Source: Candidatus Atribacteria bacterium (GTDB taxonomy: Bacteria > Atribacterota > Phoenicimicrobiia > Phoenicimicrobiales > Stramentimicrobiaceae). From it: DNA of 64,000 bases. The position numbers were made by a program, and so were the translations under genes. The stretch spans positions 2,655 to 66,654 of the forward strand of contig JAKQEP010000126.1 of the NCBI GenBank assembly GCA_029556475.1. The letters run 5' to 3'. Below the pieces are notes generated by a model, which was given only the letters and a program-made list of their open reading frames with translations, ran no database searches and was not told the DNA's origin. Positions 58,590 through 64,000 of the stretch are shown here, in pieces (position 1 is the first letter of the stretch; each line of letters opens with the position of its first letter).

Positions 58590-59786
58590 TTACGTTAAGT
58601 AAGAAAAGAATTGTTCCAGCAGAGGACCATGCCAGCCCTTACAGATAAGCTGATGATTGGCAATCGATTTTTCTAAAAAATCGTGGACAGGTATTTTTAA
58701 AGAAATTTTAAGTTGTGTTCGGCACATATCCGGGGAATTTAAATTATCAACTATTTCTCCTTCAGCCAGATAATATTTTTCCGCATTTCCATCCAGTTTA
58801 AATATAGTTACCGGACCTTTTTCTACCTTGCCTCTAACGGCAACTCCCATGCCTGATTCAAAATGGCTTTCCAGCTTATAGCTTTCACACATATTAAGTG
58901 GAATAGTGCAATGGGCAAAGGTTATTTCATTCTTTTCTTCATCAATACATACTGGGTTAGCTAAGAAAATTGGTTCATTGGTAAGATTATGTAGGAGTAT
59001 CATAGAAATTAAGGATGGTACATCACCTTCACACCCAGCCATCAAACCTTCCTGATTCAATAAGGATAGAGCCAGGCATCCGGTGTTTTTATAGAAATCG
59101 AGCAATTCAAAACAGCGAACAGTGATGGCATTAAAATTATATTCTGCCATTAAATTTTTTAAACCCTGATATATTTGTAGTGATTGTGTCAGAATATTGC
59201 TGTCAAAGCCTTCAACAGAACCGATATCAACCCGAACTTCTTTACCTTTTGCCTCATCTATATGCCTTACCACCTCTTCTATAGGGATGTCATATATCCT
59301 CATTCCCAATCTTTTCCTGATGGCATTATAATCAGCTCCACTGGCGATGAGCCATTCAGATGGTTCACCCAATACTCCTATGCGGTATTGACGACATACT
59401 TTTTTTGTTTCCATTATTTTTTTAATAGACTTCAACCTTTGAGCAATCCTTACTTCCGAACCATGTAAAACTTCCACCTTTTCTCCCCTTCTCTGTAAAT
59501 AGGATTTAATTTCCAGAGCTGCAGGTAAAGAATTAAATAAACAACTGACTAGAAGCAGATAAGGAGGAGAAAATTTTTGATAGATCCTTTTAAACTTTTC
59601 TTCAACACCGCCTGACTTAATAAAGATAACCGGTAAAATGCCACCTTTTTTTACCTCAGCAGGGCTAATTTGTGATAAATCTTCTCCAAGGTGTTTTTCG
59701 ATCGAGGTTAAAAAGGGCTGCAAGGATGGGTCAATATTTCGTTTTTCCATCATTTCGGATATTAGATGATAACAACCAATCTTCAA
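58590..59786 (-). CDS. Hypothetical protein, possibly L-fucose/L-arabinose isomerase-like fold
   Basis: 398 aa, no confident motif. An N-terminal Rossmann-like segment (VIFIKSGG) and MAGCEGDVPSLISMILL are weakly reminiscent of the FucI/AraA family. Directly downstream of yloV. Confidence 0.3.
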   Translation of the reverse strand: MKIGCYHLISEMMEKRNIDPSLQPFLTSIEKHLGEDLSQISPAEVKKGGILPVIFIKSGGVEEKFKRIYQKFSPPYLLLVSCLFNSLPAALEIKSYLQRRGEKVEVLHGSEVRIAQRLKSIKKIMETKKVCRQYRIGVLGEPSEWLIASGADYNAIRKRLGMRIYDIPIEEVVRHIDEAKGKEVRVDIGSVEGFDSNILTQSLQIYQGLKNLMAEYNFNAITVRCFELLDFYKNTGCLALSLLNQEGLMAGCEGDVPSLISMILLHNLTNEPIFLANPVCIDEEKNEITFAHCTIPLNMCESYKLESHFESGMGVAVRGKVEKGPVTIFKLDGNAEKYYLAEGEIVDNLNSPDMCRTQLKISLKIPVHDFLEKSIANHQLICKGWHGPLLEQFFSYLT

Positions 59787-59840
59787 TGTTATTCACCTCT
59801 AATAAAATATTACATTTCTTGGAAGTTAAAAAGATATTTT

Positions 59841-61652
59841 TTAACCACCCATCACCGCAATAGCGGCGCCACCTCTCCCTATATGTACACTGAGAGCAGG
59901 AGAACCTTCTGAAATAAAGATTTCAGCCTCAGGAAAATGCTTCTTTATTCCCTGCTCATACCATTTCGCTAAATCAATATCCTCTATATGGGCAATAGCA
60001 AAATGGGGGTTCTTTTTACCTGATGCAAATTGACAGGCCAGTTCTAAAGTCTTATCCCATAAACGGCGTAGACCAACCACTTTGGCAGCTTCTTCAAATT
60101 CACCCTCCTGATTTAAAGAGATTATCGGTTTTAAGTGCATCAATGAGCCTAAAAACCCCTTTATTTTATCCAGACGTCCGCTTTTAATTAAATATTTCAA
60201 GGTTGGAATACTTACAAATAGCTTACTATGCTCTATATAATAATTTAATTTTTCCAGTAATTCATTTAACGTTATACCATTCTCAATCAGACGGGCAGCC
60301 TGTAATACAATCATTCCCAGACCAACCGTACTGGTCTTAGCATCAATAACTTGAATTTTATCATGATATTTATTTTGCTTACTGGCAGTGCAGGCAGCTT
60401 GAAAGGTACCGCTCAACTTTCCGGGAAGATGAATAGAAATTATGGCCTCATTATCTTCTCCCAGTTCCTGATATATATCTTCAAAATATTGATAGGGAGG
60501 TTGAGAGGTGCTTACCCGGTGTGCAGAGTTTTCCAAAAAATCCACCACTTCTTTAGTTGAAATATTTACCCGGTCTAAAAAACTTTGTTCATCAACCTGA
60601 ACGGCAATAGGAACAATTTTAATACCATATTTTTCAATTAATTCTTGAGGTAAATCACAGGTTGAATCAGCTACCAGAGCAATCTTCTCTAATATAGTTT
60701 TTCTCTTAACCTTTTCTGTTTGCTCCCACATATCATCTATTTTGGTTTCTACGATAGTACCAAAGGAATCAAGCTCAGAAAAAATAGCTTCAGGGTGATC
60801 GGTGTGAATGTGTATTCTTAACTGTTCTTCTGAACCGGCTACTACCTGAGAATCACCCATGTTAGTTAATTTTTCTCTGATAAGATTTCTATCTAAATCT
60901 ACTCCCTCAAGTAAACATTCAGTACAATAACGGAATTTGGATTTTTCCAGGGACTGAAAAAAAGACTGTCTTTGTGAATTAATCTGTATTCCTTTGGACT
61001 CCTGTTTCATTACCCTTAATCTGCCAAATTCTATAAAATCAACAATTCCTTCCAGCAAATTAACAAACCCTTCTGCCCCGGCATCAACAACACCTGCTTG
61101 CTTTAAGATAGCCAGTTTTTCAGGGGTCTCTAATAATGATTTTTTTGCTCTTGCCAGGGAGTTTTTGAACAATTCTACAAAATCAGGTGTTTTATGTGCC
61201 AGCTTATTTATATGGTTAGCCCAGTCCTTCATTACAGTAACGATGGTTCCTTCACAGGGTTCAGCAATAGCCATATTGGCCTGCTCTGCTGCCTTAAGAA
61301 CTGCTTGAGAAAAAGCAACTGTAGTGAGCCGGCTCATTCCCCGGGTGGCCTCAGCTAACCCTTGAAAAAACTGAGCTAAAATAGCCCCTGAATTTCCCCT
61401 GGCACCTTTGAGAGCTGATTTAGCTATCCTCTGCATGGTTAAATCAAAGGAATTCTGACGAAAATCCTGAACCTCTTCTACAATGTTATTCATAGTAACG
61501 GCCAGATTAGTACCGGTATCCCCATCAGCAACTGGAAAAACATTAATCTCGTTAAGATGGTTTTTGTTCTGCTCAATCCGCTTAGCAGAGGTCATTATAA
61601 ACCTTTTAAAACGAATTCCGTTTATGTACTTTATTTGTATTTTCATAACCAA
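59841..61652 (-). CDS. yloV: DAK2-domain/DegV-domain fusion protein (YloV/FakA-like fatty acid kinase family)
   Basis: N-terminal Dak2 motifs (NVFPVADGDTGTNL) and a complete C-terminal DegV-type domain (ALVADSTCDLP...TSQPP...LSGTFQAA). The true start is probably the Met at about 61592. Confidence 0.8.
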   Translation of the reverse strand: MVMKIQIKYINGIRFKRFIMTSAKRIEQNKNHLNEINVFPVADGDTGTNLAVTMNNIVEEVQDFRQNSFDLTMQRIAKSALKGARGNSGAILAQFFQGLAEATRGMSRLTTVAFSQAVLKAAEQANMAIAEPCEGTIVTVMKDWANHINKLAHKTPDFVELFKNSLARAKKSLLETPEKLAILKQAGVVDAGAEGFVNLLEGIVDFIEFGRLRVMKQESKGIQINSQRQSFFQSLEKSKFRYCTECLLEGVDLDRNLIREKLTNMGDSQVVAGSEEQLRIHIHTDHPEAIFSELDSFGTIVETKIDDMWEQTEKVKRKTILEKIALVADSTCDLPQELIEKYGIKIVPIAVQVDEQSFLDRVNISTKEVVDFLENSAHRVSTSQPPYQYFEDIYQELGEDNEAIISIHLPGKLSGTFQAACTASKQNKYHDKIQVIDAKTSTVGLGMIVLQAARLIENGITLNELLEKLNYYIEHSKLFVSIPTLKYLIKSGRLDKIKGFLGSLMHLKPIISLNQEGEFEEAAKVVGLRRLWDKTLELACQFASGKKNPHFAIAHIEDIDLAKWYEQGIKKHFPEAEIFISEGSPALSVHIGRGGAAIAVMGG

Positions 61653-61699
61653 ATTTATCCTAATATTTTAAATATTATACCAGTCTTTTGAAGACATTT

Positions 61700-61905
61700 C
61701 CTGGCAATCTCATTCACTGTTACCCACACTCTTTTTCTATCTATTCCCACACCTCTCCTCACACTCTTTTTTACTTTTCCTAAAACTAAAAACTGTGAAC
61801 TCTACTCTTACACTTTTTCACAAACTTTTTTGTTTTTGCATTTAACTAAAATCCAAAAACTATAAACTATTAACTAAAAACCCTATTCTTACACATATTC
61901 TAACT
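61700..61905 (+). repeat. Copy of the dispersed intergenic repeat family
   Basis: tacccacactcttt, attcccacacctct, ctaaaactaaaaactgtgaactctactcttacac and ttaactaaaatccaaaaactataaactattaactaaaaacc words shared with loci at 2100..2600 and 6215..6306. Confidence 0.55.
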
Positions 61906-61908
61906 AAA

Positions 61909-63240
61909 TTAGTAATTAGCAAGGTATTGTTCTAACTCCCAGTTATGGACTTGAAGGTTGTATATCTCCCATTCCCTATATTTAGCTCTTAAGTAATTAT
62001 CAATAATGTGGTCAGTTAGCCCCTGATGCAATACCTTGTCTTTTTTAAATTCTTCTAATGCTTCTTTCAGATTGGTTGGTAAGCTTTCAATACCATATTT
62101 TTTTAATTGTATTTCATCCATATCATATATATTCTCATTAATAGGGTCAGGAGGCATTATCTTTTTTTGAATTCCATCCATACCTGCAGTCAGGATTACT
62201 GCAAAAGAAAGATAAGGATTACAGGACGGGTCAGGGCAACGATATTCTATTCTGGCAGCATTTCCGTTTCTCACAGTTGGTATCCTTATTAAGGGGCTGC
62301 GGTTACAATGCGACCAGGCAATATGAACCGGTGCTTCGTACCCGGAGGTTAGCCTTTTATAAGAATTCACCAGGGGGTTGGTAATGGCAGCTAATCCTTT
62401 GGCATGTTTCATTATCCCACCAATAAAATAAATTGCCTCTTTGCTTAAACAATATTTACTTTCAGGGTCATAAAAAGCATTTTCCCCATCTTTAAAGAGC
62501 GAGATATTGGTATGCATTCCAGAACCGGGAATACCAAATACCGGTTTAGGCATAAAGGTCACGTGCAGATTATGCCACATTGCAATAGTCTTACTGGTCA
62601 ATTTCAGGACCATTATCCGGTCAGCAGTAGTAATACCATCAGAATATTTAAAATCTATTTCATGCTGACCGGGACCTACCTCATGATGAGAAGTATTTAC
62701 TTCAAAGCCCAGCTTCTCTAAGGTGATGACCATGTCCCTGCGCAGCTCTTCCCCTAAATCTATGGGTGAGAGATCAAAATAACTAGCCTGATCATTAGTT
62801 CTGGTAGTTGGTTTATTTTTTTCATCTCGTTCAAAAATATAAAATTCCATTTCCGGTCCAAAATTGGCTGTATAACCGGTTTTATCCAATTCCGCTATAA
62901 TTCTTTTCAGATTAGTTCTGGCACAACCCTTAAAAGGCGTTCTATCAGGATTAACAATATCACATATAATCCTGGCTACATATTGATCCTCTTCCCAGGG
63001 GTTGACCATAAAAGTATCTAAATCAGGTTGCAGGAACATGTCAGACTCCTCAATCCTACAGAAACCCTGTACCGTTGAACCATCAAACATTATATTTCCA
63101 TCTAAGGCCTCTTTAAAGTCTCTTATGGGCACCTCTACATTCTTAGGAATACCCATTATATCAGTAAACTTAAGCCGTACAAATCTTGTCTTTAATTCTG
63201 CAGCTTTCTCCAGTATCATTTTTTTTGTAGTCTCCGACAT
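61909..63240 (-). CDS. glnA: Glutamine synthetase, type I
   Basis: Full-length GS-I similarity (N-terminal beta-grasp; catalytic-domain ATP-binding and Glu-binding motifs). Confidence 0.9.
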   Translation of the reverse strand: MSETTKKMILEKAAELKTRFVRLKFTDIMGIPKNVEVPIRDFKEALDGNIMFDGSTVQGFCRIEESDMFLQPDLDTFMVNPWEEDQYVARIICDIVNPDRTPFKGCARTNLKRIIAELDKTGYTANFGPEMEFYIFERDEKNKPTTRTNDQASYFDLSPIDLGEELRRDMVITLEKLGFEVNTSHHEVGPGQHEIDFKYSDGITTADRIMVLKLTSKTIAMWHNLHVTFMPKPVFGIPGSGMHTNISLFKDGENAFYDPESKYCLSKEAIYFIGGIMKHAKGLAAITNPLVNSYKRLTSGYEAPVHIAWSHCNRSPLIRIPTVRNGNAARIEYRCPDPSCNPYLSFAVILTAGMDGIQKKIMPPDPINENIYDMDEIQLKKYGIESLPTNLKEALEEFKKDKVLHQGLTDHIIDNYLRAKYREWEIYNLQVHNWELEQYLANY

Positions 63241-63381
63241 ACCGTATATCTCCCTTGCTATTGGTTTATAAAATGATAGTACTATACTATAGTCTATAAG
63301 TATATAGAATATGATATTATAACAATTGTATCTCTTTTATATCCCTTTTATATATTTAAATACATTTTCCTCGGTCAGCTA

Positions 63382-64000
63382 TTATTCCTCCTGCCGGTAA
63401 GAGTCAAGCACTTTCAGATAATTTGCTCTCTCCCAAAGAGCCGGTTGGGAGGTTGTTTTATGACTCATAATACCAAAAATTTCCTGTAAGGAGTTATATT
63501 TATGGTTACTGAGCCATCCTTCTATCTCTTCCAAAAGTAATGGAAGATAGCCCATCCCTCTTTCCAGTAGAGCAGAGGCAATCATAGTTACACTTGCGCC
63601 AGACATAATACTTTTTATTACATCCTGAGCAGTATGAACTCCTCCGGTAATGGCAATATCTGCCTCAACCTTACCAAACAAGATTGCAGCCCATCTTATC
63701 CTTAACCGCAACTCTTCTGATGTGCTTAACCTCAACATCGGCTCTATCTTCATATTTTCCAGATTTATATCAGGTTGGTAAAAACGATTAAAAAATACCA
63801 GGCCATTGGCTCCGGCTCTGACCAATTCACGGCTCATATAGGGAATAGAACTGAGATAGGGATGGATCTTTACCCCAACAGGGATGGCTACACTCCTGGT
63901 AATCTCATCTACCAAATCCAGGTAATTTTCTTCAATTTTACGACCATCTATTTCAGGATCTGTTGGTAGGTAATAAATATTCAATTCCAGTCCATCAGCT
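63382..64000 (-). CDS. Dihydroorotate dehydrogenase-family FMN TIM-barrel oxidoreductase, 3' part only (upstream part beyond window end)
   Basis: C-terminal ...ITGGVHTAQDVIKSIMSGASVTMIASALL... matches the DHOD/DPD family phosphate-binding end. The ORF continues past position 64000. Confidence 0.55.
   Translation of the reverse strand, partial: ADGLELNIYYLPTDPEIDGRKIEENYLDLVDEITRSVAIPVGVKIHPYLSSIPYMSRELVRAGANGLVFFNRFYQPDINLENMKIEPMLRLSTSEELRLRIRWAAILFGKVEADIAITGGVHTAQDVIKSIMSGASVTMIASALLERGMGYLPLLLEEIEGWLSNHKYNSLQEIFGIMSHKTTSQPALWERANYLKVLDSYRQEE

Noticed and set aside
1-64000. Mobile elements, prophage, rRNA/tRNA genes
   Set aside because: No transposase, integrase, recombinase or phage structural ORFs in the six-frame track, and no GC-rich tRNA-like cloverleaf candidates (no GGTTCGAATCC-type T-arm) in any intergenic gap.

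Overview
AT-rich bacterial chromosomal window of about 60 closely packed genes, mostly on the minus strand from 0 to 31 kb and mixed thereafter. No rRNA or tRNA genes, CRISPR arrays, transposases or integrases were found. Most of the content is housekeeping and transport: an M23 peptidase, a dGTPase-family HD hydrolase, an HhH-GPD DNA glycosylase, M42 peptidase, HIT protein, archaeal-type cofactor-independent phosphoglycerate mutase (ApgM), RecD2 helicase, YjbQ, QueH, an ABC-2 exporter with a COG1470-like partner, two patatin-like phospholipases, a nitroreductase, IlvD, a LysM-containing 5'-nucleotidase, an AmiC-type amidase, a heterodimeric ABC exporter, an Opu-type osmoprotectant ABC system, a polar amino-acid ABC system, tungsten-type aldehyde:ferredoxin oxidoreductase with a divergent DUF362/ferredoxin gene, archaeal/eukaryotic-type ProRS, a YloV/FakA-like Dak2-DegV protein, GlnA, and a partial DHOD-family gene. 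Four things stand out. (1) A cobalamin riboswitch with an intrinsic terminator and a G9 tract sits upstream of a BtuB-like TonB-dependent receptor followed by tonB-exbB-exbD, directly downstream of an FecCD/BtuFCD-type ABC importer. (2) A family of degenerate ~30-nt units of the form aaCGACC/aaACCTC...CTT...CACTTAT.CCCACA, with companion words such as aaaactatgaactataaacc, ttaactaaaatcc and gttgttggtt, recurs in at least six intergenic loci, most of them immediately 3' of minus-strand genes. The largest locus (2100..2600) contains a 124-nt duplication flanking a GC-rich hairpin. (3) A bacterial Clp1/Grc3-family P-loop polynucleotide kinase homolog is preceded by an 85-aa beta-barrel ORF and lies directly downstream of ProRS. 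(4) Several candidate regulatory sites are visible: a 12-bp perfect inverted repeat upstream of queH, a TGTTAC-N13-GTAACA palindrome at the ABC importer, and a promoter that implies a leaderless patatin mRNA. Lineage hints (TonB system, tungsten-type AOR, ApgM, archaeal-type ProRS) suggest an anaerobic diderm bacterium.
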